Assembly: GCA_963803805.1 (NCBI GenBank) | Contig: CAWDOD010000003.1 | Span: 96,001-160,000, forward strand | From: an uncultured cyanobacterium | GTDB taxonomy: Bacteria; Cyanobacteriota; Cyanobacteriia; Cyanobacteriales; CAWCAG01 | DNA: 64,000 nucleotides | Direction: 5' to 3' | Shown: piece after piece, positions 54,137 to 64,000 of the stretch | Numbering within the stretch: the first letter of the stretch is position 1 | Layout: the number at the start of each line of letters is the position of its first letter | Position numbers and translations under genes: made by a program | Notes under the pieces: generated by a model | Databases searched by the model: none | The model's input: the letters and a program-made list of their open reading frames with translations, nothing else | What the model was told of the DNA's origin: nothing

Positions 54137-54862
54137 ATGGCGAAACTGAAAAAAGCACTAATAACAGGATCTTCTCAAGGTATTGGTAAGGCGATCGCCT
54201 TAGATCTTGCTAGTAAGGGTTTTGATGTGGCTATTCATTACCTAAATAGTGAAAAGGATGCTGTCAAAACTTGTCAAGAAGCTATGGATTTGGGGGTAAA
54301 GGCGATTACTCTTCAAGGAGATGTCACTAAACCGCAGGAAGTAGAAAAGATTATAGAACAAGCGGTTGAGGGTTTAGGTGGACTATCGGTGGTGGTCAAT
54401 AATGTCGGAAATTATCTCGAAAAAATCACCAGCGAAGTATCTATAGATGAGTGGCATAGCATTATTGATTCTAACCTCCATGCTACTTTTTATGTTACCC
54501 AAATGGCTTTACCCCATTTAAAAAAGGCAGGCTGGGGAAGGATTATTAATCTCGGTTTTGCTAGCGCCCATAATATCTTGGCACGGAAAAATATCACTCC
54601 TTACGTGATTGCTAAAACAGGCATAATTATTTATACCAAATCCATCGCTAAAGAAGTGGTGAAGGATAATATTACGGCTAATGTGGTGTCTCCTGGGGTG
54701 GTAGAAAATTCCGTAGATTTAGATGATTTTATTCCTCAATTACCTGCTAAGCGTCCAGCCAGTTTTGAGGAATTTACTAATGCTGTTTGGTTTTTTGTTA
54801 ACCCCCATGCAGATTACATAACCGGACAAGTATTAGAGGTTGCAGGAGGTTGGAATCTTTAG
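54137..54862 (+). CDS. SDR oxidoreductase, pteridine/dihydrofolate reductase-like
   Basis: TGSSQGIG, AIHY..S, VNNVGNY, YVIAK catalytic motif, YITGQVLEVAGGW. Confidence 0.8.
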   Translation: MAKLKKALITGSSQGIGKAIALDLASKGFDVAIHYLNSEKDAVKTCQEAMDLGVKAITLQGDVTKPQEVEKIIEQAVEGLGGLSVVVNNVGNYLEKITSEVSIDEWHSIIDSNLHATFYVTQMALPHLKKAGWGRIINLGFASAHNILARKNITPYVIAKTGIIIYTKSIAKEVVKDNITANVVSPGVVENSVDLDDFIPQLPAKRPASFEEFTNAVWFFVNPHADYITGQVLEVAGGWNL

Positions 54863-54923
54863 AATTGCTAATAGCTAATAGTCTGAAATAAGCTGTAACT
54901 TTTAACGATCAACTATTCTCTTA

Positions 54924-55125
<202 letters not shown>

Positions 55126-55136
55126 TTAGTTGATAA

Positions 55137-55457
55137 TTAACAACAAGATTTTGCTGGTAACATAACAGCAACACGGCGATAATCGGCTAAATACTGTTCT
55201 AAAGCGACTAACTGAGGGAGATTAAGACTATAGTAAATCCATCTTCCTTCTTGGCGAGGGCGAACTAAAGCTGCTTCTTTGAGAGTTTTAAGGTGGAAAG
55301 AAAGTTTAGACTGGGAAATATCCATAATTTCGCACAACTCACAAACACAAAGTTCCCTTTCTCTTAATAGTTCTAAGACTTTAATTCTGATTGGTTCTGA
55401 AAGGGCATGGAATCCAGAAGTAATTGAATCGGACTGTTTTGTGGTTGTTGCAGTCAT
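55137..55457 (-). CDS. ArsR/SmtB family regulator
   Basis: ALSEPIR, ELCVCEL metal(loid)-binding box, SKLSFHLKTLK, GRWIYY. Confidence 0.93.
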   Translation of the reverse strand: MTATTTKQSDSITSGFHALSEPIRIKVLELLRERELCVCELCEIMDISQSKLSFHLKTLKEAALVRPRQEGRWIYYSLNLPQLVALEQYLADYRRVAVMLPAKSCC

Positions 55458-55514
55458 ATCAAATTTGTTTGAACAGTTTTTACTCTTTTTAGCTCTTACC
55501 TTATAGTATTTGAC

Positions 55515-56249
55515 CTAAAAAACATGAATTCCGCTGCCCATTTGATAACCTCCCTGCCAAAAATCAGTACCTTCATTTTCTTCAGGCTTAACTTTTATGG
55601 TTAAGGGTTTGTCGCTGATATCAGAATAGCCTTGATCATGGAGGGGATTGTAAATTAAATCAAACTCGTAAGCATAAGCCCAACTTTCTGCCCTTGTCCA
55701 ATTTGCCAAGGGATTAATTTTTAGTCTTCCTTGACTATCAAGTTCTAAAATCGGCATCTTCGGTTCTTCTCCTACTTGGTTACGACGACGGCTAGTAATC
55801 CAAGCTTGGGTGTTTAGTTCTTGAAGGGCTTGTTGTAAAGGTCTAACCCTAGTTAAGCACAGGAACTTATCCAGATCCCTTTCCCAAAGATTTTCCCCAT
55901 ACTTAGCTGCAAACTTAGCAGCAGAATCTACTCCTGGAATCTTATAAACTTGCAAGTTTAACCCATAGAATGACTTGGCTTTTTCAAGTAGTTGTAGAGT
56001 TTCTCTAAAGTGGTGCAAAGTATCTACAAATACCACAGGCACAGAAGTTTGTGGGCGCAAATAACGATAAAAAAGATCGCTAATTACTAGATCATCTATA
56101 TTAAAGCCACTTGCTTGCACCAGTCCGGTGGGAAAAACACTAGTAGACCACGACAAAATTTCTCTTGGATGTAGGTGTTCAAACTTACTATTTAATCTTT
56201 CTAAATCTAGGTCAGAAATTCTCACTGGCAGAGGTGCGATTTGAGTCAT
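55515..56249 (-). CDS. PAPS reductase (CysH) homolog with degenerate active site
   Basis: VDTLHHF.ET, KINPLANW and YNPLHDQGY are retained; C-terminal ECG(L/I)H reads GSGIH. Confidence 0.8.
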   Translation of the reverse strand: MTQIAPLPVRISDLDLERLNSKFEHLHPREILSWSTSVFPTGLVQASGFNIDDLVISDLFYRYLRPQTSVPVVFVDTLHHFRETLQLLEKAKSFYGLNLQVYKIPGVDSAAKFAAKYGENLWERDLDKFLCLTRVRPLQQALQELNTQAWITSRRRNQVGEEPKMPILELDSQGRLKINPLANWTRAESWAYAYEFDLIYNPLHDQGYSDISDKPLTIKVKPEENEGTDFWQGGYQMGSGIHVF

Positions 56250-56489
56250 ATTACTTACCCTGAGATGGAATTGCATTATTTCGACTTTGTAAATTTTAAC
56301 TTATTCAAGACCCATATTTCCTAGGGAAAACCGTAATTAAATTATAAATTTATGAACAACTAATGATGAATTATTAAGCTACGGTATTTTTAGGGCCATG
56401 ATGTCTACTCTAGAAGTCTCAAGGAACTACGAAGGAGAACTAAGGTTGTGTCAGAATGAGGACTTGTTATCAAGTTCCCTTTTATTTAC

Positions 56490-56747
56490 ATGGAATTAAT
56501 TTTATATAGTAAGCCGGGATGTCATCTTTGTGAGGGACTACAAGAAAAGCTAGAACAGATCGATGATGTAAGCTTTGAATTAGAAGTACGGGATATAACT
56601 AGTCGCCCAGAATGGTTCGCCGCTTATCAATATGAAGTACCGGTTTTGTGTCGTTTGCACTCAGGTAAAGAACAGATGTTACCTCGCCTTTCTCCTCGTT
56701 CTTCTGTTAAGCAAGTGAAACAGATGTTACAGAAATTTCTAAGCTAA
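56490..56747 (+). CDS. Glutaredoxin-like protein (DUF836)
   Basis: LYSKPGCHLC, YQYEVPV. Confidence 0.88.
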   Translation: MELILYSKPGCHLCEGLQEKLEQIDDVSFELEVRDITSRPEWFAAYQYEVPVLCRLHSGKEQMLPRLSPRSSVKQVKQMLQKFLS

Positions 56748-56794
56748 TCTTGATCAAATATAAATAAAATTCTTTGGAGTGAGGATTTAAGGAT

Positions 56795-58282
56795 ATGAAA
56801 TTGAGGGAGTTGTTAGGTAAGATTTCTGGGGCTGTTGAAATAGCCACAAATTGTCACCAAGATGTTGAAATTAAAGGACTTGCCACTAATTCCCACGCTT
56901 GCCAACCGGGAGATCTATTTATTGGGATGCCAGGGACAAGGGTAGATGGAGGAGAATTTTGGCCAAGTGCCATGGCAACGGGGGCTGTTGCCGCTTTGAT
57001 CAGTCCCCAAGCTGCCCAGAAGAAACCTCCTGGTAGAGAAGATTGTGTAGTAGTAGCAGAGGATTTAATTGCGGCTTGTGCTTCTGTCGCAGCGTGCTTT
57101 TATGATTATCCTAGCCAAAAATTAAAAATGGTGGGCATAACAGGAACTAATGGTAAAACTACTACTACCCATTTAATTGAGTTTCTGCTTAATCAAGTAG
57201 AGTTACCCACAGCTTTACTAGGAACTCTTTATTCTCGTTGGCCAGGTTTTTCTCAAACTGCTACCCATACAACCCCTTTCGCAGTAGAGTTACAAAGGCA
57301 ATTAGCCCAGGCAGTGCAAGCAGGTAGTGAGTATGGGGTAACTGAAGTTAGTTCCCATGCTTTATCCCAAGGAAGGGTAAAAGAATGTCGCTTTGAGGTG
57401 GCAGTTTTCACGAATTTGACCCAAGATCATCTCGATTATCATGAGAATATGGAGGATTATTTTGAGGCGAAGGCTTTATTATTTAGCCGGGAATATCTTC
57501 AAAGTAAGGCGATTATTAACCTCGATGATCCTTACGGTAAGCGTTTAATCGAACGGGTTGGTAAAGAAAAAGTTTGGAGTTATAGCATTGCTAACCCTGA
57601 AGCAGATTTATACACGAGCAACTTAACTTATGAATCTAATGGTGTAAAAGGAACTTTACATACTCCCCAAGGTGAGATTGCTTTTACTTCCCCTTTAGTG
57701 GGTCAATTCAACCTCGCTAATCTCCTCGCTGCGGTGGGAACCCTCCTTCACTTAGATTTAGCTTTGGACAAGATTGTCCCTGCTTTACCAAACTTTCCTG
57801 GAGTACCTGGGCGCATGGAAAGGGTACAAATCAACCCGGATCAAGATATTAGTGTCATTGTTGATTATGCCCATACCCCCGATAGTTTGGAAAACCTCAT
57901 CAAAGCAGCAAAACCTTTTATTAGCGGTCAAGTAATCTGTGTTTTTGGTTGCGGAGGCGATCGCGACAGAACTAAACGCCCATTAATGGGTAAAATTGCA
58001 GCTTCGTTAGCAGATGTAGCGGTGGTGACATCTGATAATCCCCGAACAGAAGACCCTGAAAGGATTTTAGAAGATGTCTTAGGGGGCATTTCCCCAACAA
58101 AAGAACCAATAGTAATCAGCGATCGCGCCACTGCTATTCACCAGGCAATTAAGGAAGCTAAACCCGGAGATGGAGTTCTAATTGCTGGAAAAGGTCACGA
58201 AGATTATCAAATTTTGGGGACGGAGAAGATTCATTTTGATGATAGAGAACAAGCTAGGGAAGCCCTACAAAAAAGGGTTTAA
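56795..58282 (+). CDS. murE: UDP-MurNAc-Ala-Glu--meso-DAP ligase
   Basis: GTNGKTT, EVSSH, TNLTQDHLD, DYAHTPD, DNPR, AGKGHE. Confidence 0.97.
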   Translation: MKLRELLGKISGAVEIATNCHQDVEIKGLATNSHACQPGDLFIGMPGTRVDGGEFWPSAMATGAVAALISPQAAQKKPPGREDCVVVAEDLIAACASVAACFYDYPSQKLKMVGITGTNGKTTTTHLIEFLLNQVELPTALLGTLYSRWPGFSQTATHTTPFAVELQRQLAQAVQAGSEYGVTEVSSHALSQGRVKECRFEVAVFTNLTQDHLDYHENMEDYFEAKALLFSREYLQSKAIINLDDPYGKRLIERVGKEKVWSYSIANPEADLYTSNLTYESNGVKGTLHTPQGEIAFTSPLVGQFNLANLLAAVGTLLHLDLALDKIVPALPNFPGVPGRMERVQINPDQDISVIVDYAHTPDSLENLIKAAKPFISGQVICVFGCGGDRDRTKRPLMGKIAASLADVAVVTSDNPRTEDPERILEDVLGGISPTKEPIVISDRATAIHQAIKEAKPGDGVLIAGKGHEDYQILGTEKIHFDDREQAREALQKRV

Positions 58283-58323
58283 AATTGTTAGGGGAAGGGG
58301 AAAAATTGCTAGTTGATAACTGA

Positions 58324-59046
58324 TTATTGATTATTGATTATTGCCTTAAAAGCAAACTGAGGCAATACCAACATTCTACGCCAACGCCAGGGTTCTTTAT
58401 ACAAACGATATAACCATTCCAAATTATTATTCCGTAACCACCCAGGCGCTCTTAATTTCACCCCTGCCCAAATATCAAAACTACCCCCTACACCAATCCA
58501 AGTAGCTTGGGGACAAAGATGGCGATTTTCTCTAATCCAAACTTCTTGACGAGGCACTCCTAAACCAACCAAAATAATCTTCGGTTGCAATTGTTGTAAA
58601 GTTTGTTGCCATTGCTGTTGTTCCTCTGAGGAAAGAAAACCGTGATTTGTGGTAATAGAAATACCAGGAACCTTTTGCCGCCAAATTTGAGCTGCTTTTT
58701 CTGTAATTCCTGGCGCACCGCCATAGAAAACAATCGGACAAGCTTCTCCTTTTTGCCCCATTTGTGTTATCAATGATTGAGCTAGTTCGATGCCGGGACA
58801 ACGTTTTTGTTGAGGACTTTTCCCCCGTAAGCGTAAATAAAGCACTACCCCAGCCCCATCAGGAATAACCAAATCCGCAGCGTGAATAATCTCTCCTAAA
58901 GGTTGATCTTTTTCCGCTTCCATGACCATTTCTGCATTAAGGGTTACGACATGATTGCCTTTATTTTCTGCTATACGCGATGCCAACCAGCCAACATAAT
59001 CGTTACTGAGATGGATTGGTATTCCTAATACTGAAGATTTTTGCAT
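58324..59046 (-). CDS. WecB/TagA/CpsF glycosyltransferase
   Basis: VTLNAE, IPDGAGV, GLGVPRQE, GVGGSFD, LEWLYRL.EP.RWRR; start moved to MQKSS. Confidence 0.92.
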   Translation of the reverse strand: MQKSSVLGIPIHLSNDYVGWLASRIAENKGNHVVTLNAEMVMEAEKDQPLGEIIHAADLVIPDGAGVVLYLRLRGKSPQQKRCPGIELAQSLITQMGQKGEACPIVFYGGAPGITEKAAQIWRQKVPGISITTNHGFLSSEEQQQWQQTLQQLQPKIILVGLGVPRQEVWIRENRHLCPQATWIGVGGSFDIWAGVKLRAPGWLRNNNLEWLYRLYKEPWRWRRMLVLPQFAFKAIINNQ

Positions 59047-59060
59047 TGGTTTATAACAGA

Positions 59061-59086
59061 AATAGGGAATAGGGAATAGGGAATAG
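59061..59086. repeat. STRR-type heptamer (AATAGGG)x3+
   Basis: aatagggaatagggaatagggaatag. Confidence 0.8.
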
Positions 59087-59131
59087 TGATCAAATTTTAT
59101 CCCTGTCAGCAACTAGCTATTAGCAAAATTA

Positions 59132-61144
59132 TCAAAGTTTGGGTAAAACTTCTGGTAATAGATAACCTGGTAATAAACCAAGAGCCATATTTTGACCAGA
59201 GATACCACATTCTCGATAACAAGCTCTGATTGTATTGATGATATAGTTAAAAGTATTTTTATAAACAACTTCTTCCTCTGGATGCACTTGTGCTAAAACC
59301 TGCAAATGTGCTTCAAGGGAAGCTTTGAGATAATTAGACTTAACCCCAGATTCTAAATCAAACTGCTGTTCTGTGGCTAGTTGATAATTAAGCAAACCTA
59401 AATTGTTGTAGGTACTTAAAAGATCAAAACTTATAGGGGCAGGATTGTTACTTTTGCTTAACTGTTCGCTAATCTTAATAGCATGAGTAAAAGCAACTAT
59501 TGCTTTTTGTAAGTAAGCCTGTTTTTGTCTTAAATTCTGGGGAAACTTGAGGCTAAGATGCCAATAAGCTGTACCCAAGTTATTTTGAGTTGCAGCACAG
59601 GCAACTGGATGAACTTCTGAGGTACGATACTGGAGGGCATATTCATAGGCTTCAATGGCTAAATGCAACCAGTTACCATCCTCTTGATGTTGAGATAAAT
59701 TCCAGTAAGCCGTACCTAAATTATTTTGCATCATTGCCCAATGTAAGGGGGCTGTTTCAGGATTATATTGGGCTAAAGCTTCTTCATAGGCAGCGATGGC
59801 AAGCTTTAAGTTGTCTTGAGGTTCCTGGTGTTGGGCAAGATGCCAATAAGCTGTACCTAAATTATTTTGGCTAGAAGCGTATTGTTCCCCGTCAAGTTCT
59901 GGAGTACGATATTTCAAAGCGGCTTCGTAGGCAGCGATCGCATTGATAAGATTTTCTGCGGTATCAACGTAGCGGGCTAAATGGTTATAAGCTGTCCCCA
60001 GATTATTTTGAATCATGGAGTAAACTTGAGTTTGAGTAGGAGCAATTTCTACTTTATTTGAAGCGAGATGATAGGACTTAATCGCCTCTAGTAAGTAAGC
60101 TAAAAGTTGCTCAGTTGAGGCAGCTTGCCCAGAAAGCAGCCAATAAAAATTACCTAAATCATTAAGAACCTCTGGGGCATTAGGATCACTGCTATCACTA
60201 CTTTGATACCATTTATAATAAGCTTGTATAGCGATAGTTAGATTTTCTTTAGAAGCATCTCCATTAGCAATGCGATCGCGGTAACGATGACCGATACGTA
60301 AATAAATTTGAGCCGCTAATTCTGGAGAGTCAGCATTACGATTCAACTTTTCTATATCTTGCCAACTATAAAGCTGCAATTCCTGAGTCGAAGATTTTTC
60401 TTCTTCTTCTTCTTCTTTTTCAGGAATATTATCATCAAAAATTATTATCGACTCATCTTTCTTTTGTTCTTTTACTTCACCATTAAGCAACTCTTCTGAA
60501 CTATCTAAGGCTTCATCCAAGGAAAAATCCCCTTGCCCGTTGGGGTTAGAATCTGCCCACAAAAAAAGAGAATCTTCTTGGGGAATGGGGGTAGGTTCTC
60601 CTTGAAACAAAAATACTCCGGTACACCAGCGCCAAAATTCCGGTGCAGATTGTTGAACAACATTTAACCAAGGCTGGGGCAACCATAATAATAAGTTTGA
60701 TTTTAGTCTTGGTAAATAGGGTTCTAAGCTTTGGAGGTGACGCAAAAAGCTTCGTTGAACTGTTGTAGATTGCCGAGTGAGACGTTCAATACCAACAATT
60801 TGAAAACTAGGTAAAGAGTTAATTGGAGTGGGGGCAGGGTTTTGTCTTACCCACTGGGCAATCTGGGCAAGGAGGTTAGGATTATTGACATCAAAGTTGA
60901 GACTAACCAAGCGAGGATAATTAGCCTCTGGGCTTTCTGTTGTGGGATCTTCTTTTAAATCACGATTCAGTTGCCCAACTAAGCGATCACGCAGACTAAA
61001 ATCATCGCATACTGCCACAAAAATTTGGCGATGCAAATTAAGATTGAGTGCCAGTTTCAGGCGCTGATAGACTTGCTGATTATGACTCAAAACTTGGGGA
61101 ATAGCAGTATCAATCGCAGAGTTCATTTCTTCAATAAAAGACAT
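59132..61144 (-). CDS. TPR repeat protein with N-terminal conserved domain
   Basis: Repeated QNNLGTAYW.L...AI.AYE.AL units; N-terminal domain containing APEFWRW. Confidence 0.85.
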   Translation of the reverse strand: MSFIEEMNSAIDTAIPQVLSHNQQVYQRLKLALNLNLHRQIFVAVCDDFSLRDRLVGQLNRDLKEDPTTESPEANYPRLVSLNFDVNNPNLLAQIAQWVRQNPAPTPINSLPSFQIVGIERLTRQSTTVQRSFLRHLQSLEPYLPRLKSNLLLWLPQPWLNVVQQSAPEFWRWCTGVFLFQGEPTPIPQEDSLFLWADSNPNGQGDFSLDEALDSSEELLNGEVKEQKKDESIIIFDDNIPEKEEEEEEKSSTQELQLYSWQDIEKLNRNADSPELAAQIYLRIGHRYRDRIANGDASKENLTIAIQAYYKWYQSSDSSDPNAPEVLNDLGNFYWLLSGQAASTEQLLAYLLEAIKSYHLASNKVEIAPTQTQVYSMIQNNLGTAYNHLARYVDTAENLINAIAAYEAALKYRTPELDGEQYASSQNNLGTAYWHLAQHQEPQDNLKLAIAAYEEALAQYNPETAPLHWAMMQNNLGTAYWNLSQHQEDGNWLHLAIEAYEYALQYRTSEVHPVACAATQNNLGTAYWHLSLKFPQNLRQKQAYLQKAIVAFTHAIKISEQLSKSNNPAPISFDLLSTYNNLGLLNYQLATEQQFDLESGVKSNYLKASLEAHLQVLAQVHPEEEVVYKNTFNYIINTIRACYRECGISGQNMALGLLPGYLLPEVLPKL

Positions 61145-61261
61145 ATTCCCTTGTTCTTAGTCTAGCAACTTCCTTCAGGATTATTATGGGTTGATAAATT
61201 GCTAGTCGCTAGTTGCTAATCGCTAAAATCTTTTTCTTTAAGTGTGTAAATTCTAATTTTT

Positions 61262-62353
61262 CTAAGCAATAGGTAAAGAAAAACGAAATGTACTACCTTG
61301 ATCTAACTCACTTTCTACCTCAATTTCCCCCCCTTGTAACTCTACTAAATGACGGGCGATCGCGAGGCCAATTCCTGTACCTCCTGAATGACGCGATCGC
61401 GAACTATCTGCCCTCCAGAAGCGTTCAAAAACATGACTGAGGTTTTCTGGGGCAATTCCTGATCCTGTATCTATTACAGCTATCCAAACATAACTATTTT
61501 CTGCCCAAGTCCGAATGGTGATGGAGCCTTTTTCGGTATAAAGTAAGGCATTACCAAGCAAATTAACTAAAACCTGCTCAGTGCGGTCAACATCTGCTAT
61601 AACTGGTGGTAAGTTAGGGGGACAATCTAATTGTAAAACTGGCCCTTCTTCCCAGAGTTGATCGGTGAATCTCTCTACTAAGGACTTTAGTAAAGGGAAT
61701 AGAGGTAAGGGTTTGAGGTTGATTGGTAAATAGCCGGCTTCCGCTTTAGATAGTTCCTGCAAGTCATTAACTAGCCTCTCTAGACGCTTTGTTTCTCGTA
61801 CCAGACGCAGATATATTTCTGGGGATGATTCAATGCGGCCATCGGCTAATTCTTCTAAGTAACCCCGTACCACCGTTAAAGGAGTACGCAATTCATGGGT
61901 CATATCCCCAATTAACTCCCGCCTCTGTTGTTCGACTCCTTCTAAGTTGTTAGCCATGCGGTTGAAGCTTTTACCGAGTTGGTTCAACTCCGGAATTTCT
62001 ATGTCTGGCATTCTTTCTTGTAAGTTACCTGCGGCTAGTTTCTGGGTTACTTCTTCCATTTCTTTTAGGGGTTGCATGATGCGCTGAGAAATCCAGTAAC
62101 TGAGTCCCCCGGCTGCGGTTGCCCCAACAATAGCGGGTAAGATGATACTACGATTCCAGGCTGCTTGAAAACCCCGAATTAGGAAGGTACGGGAGGAACG
62201 AACTGTTACAAAACCTCTTCTTTCTAGCTGTTCAAGTTGTAAGATAAATGTTTTGGGGGAAGCGAATTTAGAAACTAAGGTAAGACTACCTAAGCCTACA
62301 ACAATAACTAGTAGGTGGGACAAGAATAAGCGTTTACCTAAACCTAATGACAT
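61262..62353 (-). CDS. HAMP sensor histidine kinase
   Basis: Two TM segments, HAMP domain, THELRTPL H-box, NLLGNA, DTGSGI, GGTGIGL. Confidence 0.93.
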   Translation of the reverse strand: MSLGLGKRLFLSHLLVIVVGLGSLTLVSKFASPKTFILQLEQLERRGFVTVRSSRTFLIRGFQAAWNRSIILPAIVGATAAGGLSYWISQRIMQPLKEMEEVTQKLAAGNLQERMPDIEIPELNQLGKSFNRMANNLEGVEQQRRELIGDMTHELRTPLTVVRGYLEELADGRIESSPEIYLRLVRETKRLERLVNDLQELSKAEAGYLPINLKPLPLFPLLKSLVERFTDQLWEEGPVLQLDCPPNLPPVIADVDRTEQVLVNLLGNALLYTEKGSITIRTWAENSYVWIAVIDTGSGIAPENLSHVFERFWRADSSRSRHSGGTGIGLAIARHLVELQGGEIEVESELDQGSTFRFSLPIA

Positions 62354-62513
62354 TAATTATTTGTACTCAGTGGTAAATTGAACTAACCGACTAATAAGGT
62401 AAACTATTGAGTTCTTCTTTGTAGAAGTTCCAATTAGGCATAAATTTACTCATGTAAGCTTTAAACGGATCGCCATGATTGCGTTTGACCCCACGCTGAT
62501 AACTGATAACTGT

Positions 62514-64000
62514 TCAAGGTTCATTGATAATTGTCTCCACTATTCCTGACTGCCCATCAATCAAAACTTCCTGCCCATCTTGGAATATTTGGGTAGCATC
62601 GTGAATATCCATCACTGCAGGAATACCGTACTCACGGGCAACAATAGCCCCGTGGGAAAGACGGCCTCCTACTTCTGCAATTAAGCCTCCTGCTTGGGAA
62701 AGTAAGGGTGACCAACCAGAGTCTGTATAAGGAACAACTAAAATAGTTTTTTTATTAACCTCACCTATATTTTGCAAATTTTGCGCCACCTTTACTCTTC
62801 CTCTAAATCGGCCAGGACTTGCACCAATGCCTTGTAATCTTTGACCAGGGGAGATAGAGGTAGGGGAAATGAATGAAGATGCTGGGGTATTGCCGTAGAC
62901 AAGATAGGGGACAGTTGCCAGCTTTTTGTCAGCCTTGAATTGTGATCGCCTCTGGGAAATCAATTGAGGAAGTTGCCCAATTAATTCGGAATTTTCTTCT
63001 GTAATTAAACGGCGAATTTCGCCAATTTTTAGAAAAAAGATATCTCCTTTAACTGCCAGTAATTCTGCGTTCAACCATTGTTTTTCTAAAGCCAAAAAAC
63101 AAGAGCGTAAATGAGCTAATAATTGGCTATAAATCTCTGTAACTAGACCTTTGAGATCGAGTCTTCTTTGGACTAGTTTAACTCGCCAATTCTTTAACCC
63201 AGAAGCCTGAGTTTCTCTTTTCTCATTACCCCTTAGCAAAAATCTAGCAAATAACTCTCTAACTGGTCGAGGATCTTCTTGCCAACGAGGAATAGAAATA
63301 TCCGTTGCTGCTTCACTAAGATAACCGTAACGTTCCAACCATTGATCGAATTGTTCTAAAATGCCAGCCCCATCAGTCATTTCAGCAATCTGGGCAAATA
63401 GGGCAGGGCAACTATCAGAAGCTAAGCGGTTCATGGGCAGTAAATTACGAGTGTTAGCTGCCAAAGTTGCTAAACTATTAACCGCCTCTACTTCTGGAGT
63501 ACTGCTATTATCCAATTGTCCTGGATTAACCTTAAACAATCCCTGTCTAATCGCTAAACTTAAAGGGGCAAAGATACTATAATAAGTTACTTGTTTAAGG
63601 GCTGAGAGAATTTTATCTACTCTTTCTAGAAGTTGGCTAGAAGATAATTGATCAGGGTCTTGAGCGCTAATTTTGACCAGAATTTGGGCAAACTCAAGTT
63701 TATAATCTCTGTCAAAGTCCTTTTCTAAACTTAATTCTCGCTTCAGTAAACGTAGTAAACCAGGTAAGTTGCGCAAAGTTGAACTTAAAGGAGGTTTACT
63801 AAACTTTTCTCCTCTAGTTAAGAATGCCAAACTTTCCGGGGGCAAACCCATGCGTCGGAAAATTTCTCCTAACAGGGTCGCATTAAAATAAGCCCTTTGG
63901 TAATGGAGAGTTGCTGTACGTTTAAAATCTAAATCTTTAGCTTGATCTCCTAAAACCAGAGTAAAAATCTCTCCCCAAACTCCACAGGTAAGGGGACGAT
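62514..64000 (-). CDS. PEP-utilising swivel-domain phosphotransferase; 5' end lies outside the window
   Basis: C-terminal GIGASPG...TDSGW...GGRLSHGAIVAREYGIPAV phospho-His domain. The frame stays open beyond 63851 to the edge (RPLTCGVWGEIF...). Confidence 0.85.
   Translation of the reverse strand, partial: RPLTCGVWGEIFTLVLGDQAKDLDFKRTATLHYQRAYFNATLLGEIFRRMGLPPESLAFLTRGEKFSKPPLSSTLRNLPGLLRLLKRELSLEKDFDRDYKLEFAQILVKISAQDPDQLSSSQLLERVDKILSALKQVTYYSIFAPLSLAIRQGLFKVNPGQLDNSSTPEVEAVNSLATLAANTRNLLPMNRLASDSCPALFAQIAEMTDGAGILEQFDQWLERYGYLSEAATDISIPRWQEDPRPVRELFARFLLRGNEKRETQASGLKNWRVKLVQRRLDLKGLVTEIYSQLLAHLRSCFLALEKQWLNAELLAVKGDIFFLKIGEIRRLITEENSELIGQLPQLISQRRSQFKADKKLATVPYLVYGNTPASSFISPTSISPGQRLQGIGASPGRFRGRVKVAQNLQNIGEVNKKTILVVPYTDSGWSPLLSQAGGLIAEVGGRLSHGAIVAREYGIPAVMDIHDATQIFQDGQEVLIDGQSGIVETIINEP

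Overview
Cyanobacterial chromosome segment. The assignment rests on abundant HIP1 octamers (GCGATCGC), heptamer tandem repeats and photosynthesis genes (psaF, psaJ, psbX, btpA, ycf66, ccsA). Most of the window is housekeeping genes: recA, tsaD, thrC, rimO-crhR, a gyrA/parC-like gene, asnS, murE and avtA. No rRNA, tRNA, CRISPR array or prophage was seen. The notable parts are: (1) an hpnP - GT2 - polytopic membrane protein cluster, possibly for hopanoid tailoring; (2) an intact ISAzo13-family IS, plus two MITEs with related ends that carry 3 and 17 heptamer repeats; (3) tandem Uma2 nucleases that are nearly identical except in one 25-codon block; (4) a putative pterin-glycoside operon (divergent PgtA-like GT4, NUDIX, pteridine reductase-like SDR); (5) a CysH homolog lacking its catalytic cysteine; (6) an alternative-hairpin or pseudoknot leader before avtA; (7) frameshifts in menH and in a KGK/acidic-repeat gene. 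All family calls come from motif recognition by eye; no database searches were run.
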